Below, in pieces: positions 36,428-47,608 of a DNA stretch of 64,000 nucleotides (its first letter is position 1; every line of letters begins with the position of its first letter). Made by a program: the position numbers and the translations under genes. The notes below the pieces were generated by a model. That model was not told where the DNA came from. It saw nothing but the letters and a program-made list of their open reading frames with translations, and ran no database searches. Origin of the DNA: Terriglobales bacterium (GTDB lineage: Bacteria; Acidobacteriota; Terriglobia; Terriglobales; Acidobacteriaceae); the NCBI GenBank assembly GCA_035543055.1, contig DATKKJ010000054.1, positions 1,716 to 65,715 of the forward strand, given 5' to 3'.

Positions 36428-37323
36428 AGGTCGAGAAGGACATCGCGAAGTTCTTGAGATCGTTGCGCGAGAAAAACGCATCGCTGCACACCATCCGGGC
36501 GTACACCAATGACCTGGGGCGCTTCGCGGCTTTCGTGGGAGAGGGCGCAGCGTGGAAAGACGTCGACCACGTTCGCATCCGCGGCTTCCTGTCGCACCTC
36601 TACGAGAGCGGCCTGAGCAAGACGTCGGTGGCGCGGTCGCTGGCGGCGTTGCGTTCGCTCTACCGCTGGCTGGCCCAGGAAGGGGTGGTGGAGCAGAACC
36701 CGGCGTTGCTGGTGTCCACGCCTAAGCTGCCGAAGACGCTGCCGCGGGTCCCCACCATCGAGGAGATGAACGCGGTGCTGGACGGAGGGGCGCCGGAGTG
36801 CGCCGCCTGGCCGGAGCGCGACCTGATGATCCTGGAACTGCTCTATGGTTGCGGCATCCGCAACTCGGAACTGGTGGGGATCCAACTGGATGATATCCGC
36901 TGGTCCAACGGGGCCATCCTGGTGCGCGGGAAGGGCAAGAAGGAGAGATACGTGCCGTTCGGAGAGGCGGCGACCGCCGCCCTCGAGGCGTACCTTCCCA
37001 CGCGCCAACAGCTCCTGAGCGAGCAGAAGAGAAAGGGGAGCATGCGAGCGCTGCTGCTGAGCCGTCGGTGTACGCCTCTGACCACCCGCAGCGTGGGCCG
37101 CATCGTGAAGCAGATCGCGGTGGCCAAGGGGCTCTCGCCCGACGTGCATCCGCATACCCTGCGGCACGCCTTCGGGACGCACCTGCTGGAAGAGGGAGCG
37201 GACCTGCGCGCCATCCAGGAGCTGCTGGGGCATGAGCGGCTCTCGACCACCCAGCGCTACACCCAGCTGTCGATGAAACAGGTCCTGCAGGTGTACGACG
37301 CCACCCATCCGCGGGCGAAATAG
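36424..37323 (+). CDS. xerC: tyrosine recombinase XerC-like
   Basis: 299 aa with an ATGA overlap with the upstream recombinase gene. Motifs [24 protein letters not shown]. Confidence 0.8.
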   Translation: MKVEKDIAKFLRSLREKNASLHTIRAYTNDLGRFAAFVGEGAAWKDVDHVRIRGFLSHLYESGLSKTSVARSLAALRSLYRWLAQEGVVEQNPALLVSTPKLPKTLPRVPTIEEMNAVLDGGAPECAAWPERDLMILELLYGCGIRNSELVGIQLDDIRWSNGAILVRGKGKKERYVPFGEAATAALEAYLPTRQQLLSEQKRKGSMRALLLSRRCTPLTTRSVGRIVKQIAVAKGLSPDVHPHTLRHAFGTHLLEEGADLRAIQELLGHERLSTTQRYTQLSMKQVLQVYDATHPRAK

Positions 37324-37413
37324 CCGCCAGAATCGCGGGGAAGACAGGCGGTTTCGTGCTACGATTCTTTTTCCTACCGGCTCCGAACCTCCGCACGACG
37401 GGAGCGTGACGCC

Positions 37414-37788
37414 ATGAGCAAGGGCGAAAAATCATCCCCACAGGGAAGCGACAAGCGGCGGCATCCCCGGGTCCCAGTGGACGTCCGCATGATGGTGCGT
37501 GTCACCACCTCAGCGGTCACCACCCGCTTCAAGGCGAGGAGCGTGGACATCAGCGAGTCGGGGCTGGCCTGCCGCCTGCCCGAAGACCTGCTGGACGGGC
37601 AAGCTGTGCTGCTGGAGTTTGCCCTGCCGCTGTGCCCGGAGACGTTCAAGGTGCAGGCGGTAGTGCGGCACCGGCGCGGGTCGCGGCACGGATTCGAGTT
37701 CGTGAACCTGCCTCCCAAGTACCGGGAACAGATCCTGAAGGTACTCGAGTCGCTGCCCACGCTGGCCGGCGACACCCGCACCTACTAA
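37414..37788 (+). CDS. stand-alone PilZ domain protein
   Basis: 124 aa with RRHPR (RxxxR) and DISESG (DxSxxG). Confidence 0.8.
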   Translation: MSKGEKSSPQGSDKRRHPRVPVDVRMMVRVTTSAVTTRFKARSVDISESGLACRLPEDLLDGQAVLLEFALPLCPETFKVQAVVRHRRGSRHGFEFVNLPPKYREQILKVLESLPTLAGDTRTY

Positions 37789-40535
37789 TCGGCGGCGACC
37801 CGCTCTTCTTTGCCAGGGACACTCAGGGCGGTCCACATTTCCATCACCCGCGCCTTTAATCGCTGGGTGAGCTGCGCGTACGCGTTCTCATCGTGCGGCC
37901 CCAAGGACGGTGGATGGATGGGATCGCCGATGGCAATGCGCAGTCGATGGAACCCCTGAAATCCGTTGCCCCGCGGCATCACATCGAAGAAACCCTCCAC
38001 AGCCACGGGAACGATGGGCACATTGAGATGGATGCTCAGAATGGCCGCGCCTTTCTTGAAGGTGCGCGGGGTGCCGTCGATGGAACGCTCGCCCTCGGGG
38101 AAGAGCACGAGGATCTTGCCCCGGCGCAGGCCAAAGGCCCCGGCGCGCATGGCGGGCACCAAGTTGGAGTCGGGATCCACGGGGATGAGCTTGATGGTGC
38201 GTGCCAGCCGGCGCAGCAGCCCGGAGCCGAAAATCTCGCTGGTGCCGACGAAAAACAGGTCGCGATAAATGGACCAGGGCACCAGGCTGACCAGCACCGG
38301 CGCATCGATGTAGCTCTGGTGATTGGGAGAGATGATGTAAGGACCGCGGTCCGGAAGCTTCTCCAGGCCGGTGACCTTGAGGTGGAAGCGATCGCGGACG
38401 AACAGGTTCACCAGCCGGCCGAAGAGGAACCAGGCCAGAGTCGCAGAGCGATGCGGCTGGGCGATGGCCAGCACGTCCGGGTCGTCAGACTCCGTGGCAA
38501 ACACCGAATCCCAACCCGCCGCTGCTGGGCGGCCGGGAGCAGTGCCGGTGGCGGAGCGTACGGCATCGACCAGCTCGCGCACCGTGTACACCTCGGAGAC
38601 CACCGAGTCGGCCACCTTCGCGCCCAGCTCCTTCTCCAGAGCGACCAGCAACTCGACCCGCTCCATGGAGTCGAGGCCGAGGTCGAGTTCCAGATTGTCC
38701 GAGGGCAGCAGCTCGCGTCCGGGGTCCTTGGCCGCCTGGCGGATGATCGGCAGGGCGCGCTGCACCTCTGGCTCCTGGAGCCACTCGATCTCTCCGGGCG
38801 ATGCGGCGCGGATGGGCGGTGCGGTCCCCTCGGCCTTGCGGCCGCGCTGCTGCACCTGCTTCTGGATGGCGAAGCGCTTCAGCTTGCGGGTGGTGGTGCG
38901 GGGCAGGTCTTCGCGCGAGATCTCGTAGCTGAGGATCCGCTTGGTGCTGGGAAGCTGAGCGGAAAAAGTGTCGATGTCGAAGCGGATGACCTCGTTCACG
39001 TTGACGATCTTCTTCTGCTTCAGCAATTCGAAATCCGGCACCACGATGGCGTGCAGGCGCTCGGCGAAGGGTTCTCCGGGAGCGCTCTCCAGGCCCAACA
39101 CACATAGCTCTTTGATCCAGGGCGACTGCGCGTAATGGGCTTCGAGCTCCTCGGGATAGATGTTCTTGCCGGAGCTGAGGACGATGACCTCTTTCTGCCG
39201 GCCGGTGATGTGCAGGTTGTTCTGCTCGTCGAAGTAGCCGAGGTCGCCGGTGTGCAGCCAGCCGTCACGGATGGCCTGGGCGGTGGCGTCGGGACGGTTC
39301 CAGTATCCCTTCATCACCAGGCGGCTGCGGATGCAGATCTCGCCGGTGGCCGGTCCGCCGTCAGGCGAGGGCTTCGGGTCAGCGACCCTGCATTCCACGC
39401 CCCACAGCGCCTGGCCCACCGAGCCCATGACGACGTCCCCGGGAGGGGTCACAAAGGCGCCGCCACTGGTCTCGGTGAGGCCGTAAGCCTGGAGGACATC
39501 GAAGCCCATCGCCTGCAGATCGAGGCCGATGGTGGGGTCGAAGCGAGAGCCCCCGGTGATCAGGTAGCGCATGCGGGGCCCGAGGGCCTGGTGAGCACGG
39601 CGGAAGAACAGCTTGCCGGCGTTGACGCCAAGAGGATGCAACAGCCGCGAGAAGCCCATCATGAACTTGATCGCCATCCTGGCCGCGGCGCCGCGGGCCC
39701 GTACCTCTTTCATGATGCGTTCGTGGATCAGGTAGAAGAATTGCGGGACGCAGCAGAACAGGGTGGCGCCGCCCTCGCGCAAGGCGCGCATCAGGTCGGT
39801 GACGTTCAGCGATTCCAGATAGATGACCTTGGCCCCGAAGGTGAAGGGAAGCAGCAGGTTGGCCATCTGCGCCAGGGCGTGGAACAGGGGCAGCACACCC
39901 AGGATGGCGTCGCGGGGACCCACCGGGAGGGTGTGCATGACGGCGTCCACCTCGGCCATCAGGTTGTCGTGGGTGAGCACCACGCCCTTGGGATCGGCGG
40001 TGGTGCCGGAGGTGTAAAGCAGCACAGCGACATCGTCGCCATGCAACGAGGCGGGAGCAAAGGTCCCCGCGCCAGCGGCGAACATCGCTGGCAGGGTGGG
40101 AGCGCCGCGGTCGGGGACCGGTTCCAGCAGAACGACCTTGGAGCCAGTGGCGAGGGCAGCTTTCTCCGCCGCAGGCAGGTGCCGTCGATCACTGAAGATG
40201 TAGGGCGAGCCGCTGTCGCGCAGCAGCTTCTCGACCTGCTCGGCGTTGAATGCGGTGTCCAGCGGCACGGCGACGCCGCCAGCGCTCATGATCCCGAGAT
40301 AGGCGGTTACCCAGAGAGGCCCGTTGGCAGCCAGGATGGCGGCCCGCTCGCCCCGGATCGGGCCGGCCCCGGCCAGCCACGCTCCCACGCACTCTGCCAT
40401 GCGCCGCAGCTCGGCGTAGGTGATCTGCTCGACCGCCTCGCTTTCGCCAGCCGCCTGGGAATGGCGCATCTCCACCGCGATGTTCTGCGGCCAGCGGGCG
40501 ACGGCGGCCAGGAAGAGGTCGTAGAAACTCTGCAT
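37785..40535 (-). CDS. tri-domain acyl-AMP/CoA ligase - acyl carrier domain - PlsC-type lysophospholipid acyltransferase
   Basis: 916 aa. AMP-binding motifs (YTSGTTADPKGV, GWLHTGDLG). Carrier motif LGLDSMERVEL. Acyltransferase HX4D (NHQSYID) and FPEGERS. Confidence 0.85.
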   Translation of the reverse strand: MQSFYDLFLAAVARWPQNIAVEMRHSQAAGESEAVEQITYAELRRMAECVGAWLAGAGPIRGERAAILAANGPLWVTAYLGIMSAGGVAVPLDTAFNAEQVEKLLRDSGSPYIFSDRRHLPAAEKAALATGSKVVLLEPVPDRGAPTLPAMFAAGAGTFAPASLHGDDVAVLLYTSGTTADPKGVVLTHDNLMAEVDAVMHTLPVGPRDAILGVLPLFHALAQMANLLLPFTFGAKVIYLESLNVTDLMRALREGGATLFCCVPQFFYLIHERIMKEVRARGAAARMAIKFMMGFSRLLHPLGVNAGKLFFRRAHQALGPRMRYLITGGSRFDPTIGLDLQAMGFDVLQAYGLTETSGGAFVTPPGDVVMGSVGQALWGVECRVADPKPSPDGGPATGEICIRSRLVMKGYWNRPDATAQAIRDGWLHTGDLGYFDEQNNLHITGRQKEVIVLSSGKNIYPEELEAHYAQSPWIKELCVLGLESAPGEPFAERLHAIVVPDFELLKQKKIVNVNEVIRFDIDTFSAQLPSTKRILSYEISREDLPRTTTRKLKRFAIQKQVQQRGRKAEGTAPPIRAASPGEIEWLQEPEVQRALPIIRQAAKDPGRELLPSDNLELDLGLDSMERVELLVALEKELGAKVADSVVSEVYTVRELVDAVRSATGTAPGRPAAAGWDSVFATESDDPDVLAIAQPHRSATLAWFLFGRLVNLFVRDRFHLKVTGLEKLPDRGPYIISPNHQSYIDAPVLVSLVPWSIYRDLFFVGTSEIFGSGLLRRLARTIKLIPVDPDSNLVPAMRAGAFGLRRGKILVLFPEGERSIDGTPRTFKKGAAILSIHLNVPIVPVAVEGFFDVMPRGNGFQGFHRLRIAIGDPIHPPSLGPHDENAYAQLTQRLKARVMEMWTALSVPGKEERVAAD

Positions 40536-40649
40536 TCGGGAAGGTGCATCTTAACAAACCGACCGCATCCAGCAGCCACTCCGGAGAACATAGGATGGAA
40601 GGGGAGGAAAGACGAGGCCGCTCCCGCCGCATGGCGCAACCCAAATGGC

Positions 40650-40728
40650 GTCATGCTGAGGTCCTTAAGGCCCGAAGCATCTCGCGCTACACGCGAGATC
40701 CTTCACGGCTGAAGCCGCTCAGGATGAC
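40650..40728. repeat. 79-bp MITE/REP-like element with terminal inverted repeats GTCATGCTGAGG / CGCTCAGGATGAC
   Basis: Read directly. Central hairpin ATCTCGCG / CGCGAGAT. The termini match the 2237 and 7539 family. Confidence 0.65.
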
Positions 40729-40745
40729 GCCATCAATCTTGCCGT

Positions 40746-41276
40746 CTATTTCGTGACCAGGCCGCAGGCGATGCGATCGCCGGCGTTGCCCGCGGGATCG
40801 GTCTTCTCGTCGTCTGCCTTGGCGTGGATGACCAGAGCCGTGCCTCCATTGGCGAAGACCGAGTTAGGCGCGCCCTCCTCCAGGGTGATGCGCGGGCTGT
40901 TCAACGTCCCCTTGGCCACGCCCTTGTCGTTGGCCTTGATGTTGGGCAGGTCGCCGTTGTGCGGCCCTTCCGGATTCAGCAGCCCGTGCTTCTTGTGATC
41001 GGGATTGAAATGCGGCCCTGCCGACTTGAATCCGTCGGCGCCGTCGCACTTGGCGTTCTGGTGGACATGCAGGGCGTGCTCGCCCGGAGGCAGGTTCTTG
41101 AAGCTGTAAACGATGGCCACCGCCTTGCCATCCGGCTTCAAGTGGGCGGTGCCGACGTCCTGGCCCTTGGCGTCCTGGAGAGAGACGGTAAGGGAGGCCG
41201 GTTTCTTACCTTTGGCGAGCAGGGGGACCGCAAGCCCCGCCGCCACGATCAGCAACAGAATCACGCTCTTTCTCAT
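40746..41276 (-). CDS. sodC: Cu,Zn superoxide dismutase, periplasmic
   Basis: ORF trimmed to MRKSVILLL with an AGGAGG RBS. Motifs [32 protein letters not shown]. Confidence 0.92.
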   Translation of the reverse strand: MRKSVILLLIVAAGLAVPLLAKGKKPASLTVSLQDAKGQDVGTAHLKPDGKAVAIVYSFKNLPPGEHALHVHQNAKCDGADGFKSAGPHFNPDHKKHGLLNPEGPHNGDLPNIKANDKGVAKGTLNSPRITLEEGAPNSVFANGGTALVIHAKADDEKTDPAGNAGDRIACGLVTK

Positions 41277-41412
41277 CGACGTCCTCCTGATTTCGACGGG
41301 CTGAGTACTGCGTAGAGTCCGGCGGCCGGCGGCCGCATCCAATACAAAGAAGCGTATGTTACGCTTATTTTATGGCGAGCGGTACTCCGCCATACCAGCC
41401 TGAAGGCCGACA

Positions 41413-44394
<2,982 letters not shown>

Positions 44395-44426
44395 CTTGGG
44401 GCGCTTTGCTACTACAATGAGAGCAG

Positions 44427-44503
44427 GGCCCCGTAGCTCAGATGGATAGAGCAGCGGTTTCCTAAACCGCGTGTCGGCAGTTCGACTCTGCCCGGGGCCT
44501 CCA
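44427..44503 (+). tRNA. tRNA-Arg (anticodon CCT)
   Basis: Manual cloverleaf: acceptor GGCCCCG / CGGGGCC, D arm GCTC / GAGC, anticodon stem GCGGT / ACCGC with loop TTCCTAA, T arm GGCAG-TTCGACT-CTGCC, encoded CCA. Confidence 0.9.
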
Positions 44504-44745
44504 CTCGATTGGTGAGAGATCCTTCGCCCTTTTGGGCTCAGGATTTCGCCTGCGGGCTCCCGCTCCACTCCCTCTGGTCGCGTCGCTCACGCCCGCAAGG
44601 CGGCTCAAGTTCGACTCTGCCCGGGGCCGGCCTCCACTCGATTGGTGAGAGATCCTTCGCCCTTTTGGGCTCAGGATTTCGGCTGCGGGCTCCTGCTCCG
44701 CTCCCTCGTCGGTCGCGTCGTTCGCGCCCGCAAAGCGGCTCAAAC
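44479..44745 (+). repeat. two tandem ~129/133-bp units, each starting with tRNA-Arg positions ~53-72 (AGTTCGACTCTGCCCGGGGCC)
   Basis: The copy at 44608-44628 is identical to 44479-44499. The rest of each unit is roughly 90% identical by eye. Confidence 0.85.
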
Positions 44746-45497
44746 TACTTCTCCGGCGTGCTGCGGCCGCTTTCGCGGCGTTTGAGCCATTCCAGGAAGC
44801 GTTCGTGCTCGGCGGGCTGCTGGCGGGCGTGCACCAGGTGGCGGACGCTGTGGCCGGTGACCAACTGGCAGACCTCGCCGGCCAGGTTCTTCACGTGGTC
44901 GCCCACCCGTTCCAGGCTCTGGGTCATGTAAAGCAGGTGGAAGCTGCCGCTGCGTTCCTCGCCTTCGCGGTTCTCGATGTGGCGCAGGAAGATCAGGTTG
45001 CGCAGGCGGTCCACTTCGGCGTCGCTCTTGAGTACCGCCATGACCCGGTTCAGGTCGCGGTGGACAAAAGCGGCCTGGGCTTCGCCCAGCATGCCGGCGA
45101 GCACGCCGGCCATGGCCGACAGGTCTTCCAAGTCCTGCTTCTGCAAGCGGGCGGAGACGCTCTGCCCGCGGCTGATGACGTTGAGCAGCAGGTCGCCGAT
45201 ACGCTCCAGCTCCAACAAGAACTTCAGGCAGGTGAGCAGCTCCTGGATCTCCGTCGGATCGGCGCCGGCGAGTTCGACGGCGATGGCTTCGTTCACCGTC
45301 CGGTTCAGATGATCGAGCTCTTCCTCGCACTCGCGGATGCGGACCAGCAGCTCAGGGGGGTTGTGCGGCAGTTCGTGCGCGACCAGTTCGCAGCCGGCGC
45401 GAGCGATGTCACCGGCACGCAAAGTGAGGTCGCGGATGCGCCCGCGCGCGGGATCCGGCCGAGGATTGTGCAACGACGCCATGGATCGGTCTTCCAT
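44745..45497 (-). CDS. PhoU-domain protein
   Basis: 250 aa with two PhoU-like helical repeats (LELERIGDLL, SLERVGDHVKN). The start may be M6 at 45482. No pst genes nearby. Confidence 0.7.
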   Translation of the reverse strand: MEDRSMASLHNPRPDPARGRIRDLTLRAGDIARAGCELVAHELPHNPPELLVRIRECEEELDHLNRTVNEAIAVELAGADPTEIQELLTCLKFLLELERIGDLLLNVISRGQSVSARLQKQDLEDLSAMAGVLAGMLGEAQAAFVHRDLNRVMAVLKSDAEVDRLRNLIFLRHIENREGEERSGSFHLLYMTQSLERVGDHVKNLAGEVCQLVTGHSVRHLVHARQQPAEHERFLEWLKRRESGRSTPEK

Positions 45498-45699
45498 TAT
45501 CCCGTGTTTTCAGAGCAGGAGCGGAGAGAAGTTTGGGGCTGTAATGGACGGGTCGCAGTGATGGATGTCATGGGTGAGTGTGACTGGAGTCCTGGAGTGC
45601 CTGCTCCTGAAAGTGGTGAACCGCGCAAAATCAGGTCGTACGTAGCACTACTTCTATTGCGGGCAGGAACATCCGGGGGAGGCGGCGTAGGGGCGCCGT

Positions 45700-46080
45700 C
45701 TAGAAGACGTGCTCGACTTTGTCGCCGGCGAACACCAGCGACGTCAGGACCCGCTCCTTGGCGGAGAGCTCCGCGAAGTGCTGCTCGTCATACTTGGCTA
45801 CGGCCCGCAGCTCGCGCATCTTGCAGGTGGCGCGATATTCCTTCTTGTCGCCGCGGACACCCTTGAAGACCATGACGTGCTGGCCATTCTCCATGAGATG
45901 GGTGACGCGATAAGTAGCGGCTGCAAGGGTGACATCGCCGACGCGGGCGGGAGCGCTCAGCGTCAAGTCATACGTCTTGCCGACAGGAACGTTCTGGGCC
46001 GAAACCAGGGTCCCGAGTAGGATGATGGCGAAAATCGCCGCGCCCCAGCGTAAAACGTGAGGCGCAAACCAGGCTTTCAT
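45700..46080 (-). CDS. hypothetical secreted protein
   Basis: C-terminal 126 aa of track ORF 45700-46635, starting MKAWF.. with a signal-like helix. The upstream part of the ORF is Arg/Ser-rich and looks non-coding. Confidence 0.5.
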   Translation of the reverse strand: MKAWFAPHVLRWGAAIFAIILLGTLVSAQNVPVGKTYDLTLSAPARVGDVTLAAATYRVTHLMENGQHVMVFKGVRGDKKEYRATCKMRELRAVAKYDEQHFAELSAKERVLTSLVFAGDKVEHVF

Positions 46081-46160
46081 AAAGGGCCTCCTGCCGGTTC
46101 CGCAGAGCGTTTTCCGCGGATCCAGCTGATACAAACATACCTCGTGGCGGGAGGTTTTGC

Positions 46161-46176
46161 GGTGACGCGGGTCACA
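46161..46176. promoter_or_regulatory. GGTGA-N6-TCACA inverted repeat (GTGA-N6-TCAC set)
   Basis: Sequence ggtgacgcgggtcaca in a divergent region, centred 66.5 bp upstream of the 46235 ATG. Confidence 0.4.
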
Positions 46177-46234
46177 GAGGCGAGCATCATAGATACCGGC
46201 TTCGGAGATTTCCCCACCGCGGGATAGGGCGAAG

Positions 46235-47551
46235 ATGGCGGACGTGCTGATCGTCGGTGGCGGTCTGGCGGGCCTGCAAGTTGCAGCCCTGCTGTGCGGC
46301 GCGGGGATGAAGGTCACCCTGCTGGAGGCGCGCGAGGTCCTGGGCGGGAGGATCCGCACCCTGCATCTTCCGGATGCCGAACTGCCCCTCGAACTGGGGG
46401 CCGAGTTCGTGCATGGGCGGCCGCCGGAGGTCCTGTCAGTCGCGGAAGCGGCCGGGCTGGCCTTGCGCGAGGTCACGGGCGAACCGTGGTTCTCGCGCGA
46501 TGGGCAGCTCGAGCCCTGCGGTGAGTTCTTCCAGCAGATCGAACAGATCATGGGCAGGCTGGCCGAGCCCCGGCCACGGGACCGGTCGTTCCGCGAGTTC
46601 ATCGACGAATGCTTCCCGGCGGAGAGCGAGGCCAAGGAGCTGGCGCTGCGCTACGTGGAAGGCTTCCATGCGGCGCAGCCGGAGCGGATCGGGGTGCGCG
46701 GGCTGGCGCTGGGAGAAGAAGCGTCCGCGCAGATCGACGGCGATAAGCAGTACTGGGTACTGCGCGGCTACAACGCCCTGGTGCGCTATCTGCGGTCCCA
46801 GTCGAGCAGCGCGGAGATCTGCCTCAACACGGTGGTGCGCGAAGTGCGCTGGCGTCCGCAGCAGGTGGAGATCCGAGCCCTGCGTGGCGGGGAGGAGCAG
46901 ACGTTCCGGGCCGTGCGGGCGGTGATCACGCTTCCGCTGGGGGTCTTGCAAGCCGCTCCCGACGCGCCCGGCGCCGTCCGGTTCGAACCGGAGCTGGTCG
47001 AGAAGCGGAATGCGCTCCGGCTTCTGGAGATGGGTCCGGCGCTGCGCATCACCCTGCGCTTCCGGTACCGCTTCTGGGATCCCCTGGAGGGTGGGCGTCT
47101 GAAGAACATGGGGTTCCTGTTCTCGCGCGACCCGGAGGTCCCGACCTGGTGGGCCAAGCCGGAGGGCTGCCTGCTGACCGGCTGGGCAGGCGGCCCGAGG
47201 GGCCTGCGCATGTCGTCCTGCAGCGAGGCGGAGTTCACCAGCCGTGCGGTCGCGTCCCTGGCCCGCTTGCTGGGCGTGGGTCGAGCGACGATGGAAGAGC
47301 ACCTGGAGTCGGCGCACACCCACAACTGGGTCACCGATCCGTACTGCCGCGGCGGCTACAGCTATCTTGCGGTCGGGGGAGAGAATGCGCCGCGAGAGCT
47401 GGCCGCGCCGCTGGCCGGGACGCTGTTCTTCGCCGGAGAAGCGACGGAGTTCACCGGCCACCATGGAACGGTCAATGGGGCAATGGCCAGCGGCACCCGG
47501 GCGGCGAACGAGATCCTGGACGTGAGCGGGAGATCGCCGGAATCGCCGTGA
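46235..47551 (+). CDS. FAD-dependent amine oxidase family oxidoreductase
   Basis: 438 aa with dinucleotide motif VLIVGGGLAGLQVA..LLEAREVLGGR and a C-terminal FFAGEAT motif. Confidence 0.85.
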   Translation: MADVLIVGGGLAGLQVAALLCGAGMKVTLLEAREVLGGRIRTLHLPDAELPLELGAEFVHGRPPEVLSVAEAAGLALREVTGEPWFSRDGQLEPCGEFFQQIEQIMGRLAEPRPRDRSFREFIDECFPAESEAKELALRYVEGFHAAQPERIGVRGLALGEEASAQIDGDKQYWVLRGYNALVRYLRSQSSSAEICLNTVVREVRWRPQQVEIRALRGGEEQTFRAVRAVITLPLGVLQAAPDAPGAVRFEPELVEKRNALRLLEMGPALRITLRFRYRFWDPLEGGRLKNMGFLFSRDPEVPTWWAKPEGCLLTGWAGGPRGLRMSSCSEAEFTSRAVASLARLLGVGRATMEEHLESAHTHNWVTDPYCRGGYSYLAVGGENAPRELAAPLAGTLFFAGEATEFTGHHGTVNGAMASGTRAANEILDVSGRSPESP

Positions 47552-47574
47552 TCGCCGAGATTGCCATAATCGGC
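47530..47574. repeat. five tandem nonamers (GAGATCGCC GGAATCGCC GTGATCGCC GAGATTGCC ATAATCGGC)
   Basis: Read directly. Spans the stop codon of the amine oxidase gene. Confidence 0.75.
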
Positions 47575-47608
47575 CGCCGCAGTTAGCATCACCAACCCGG
47601 GGGTCTCG

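Noticed and set aside
45700-46635. Full 311-aa version of the track ORF.
   Set aside because: The N-terminal 185 aa are Ser/Arg/Pro-rich and overlap the start of the plus-strand amine oxidase gene. Only the C-terminal 126 aa (MKAWF...) look like a real secreted protein.
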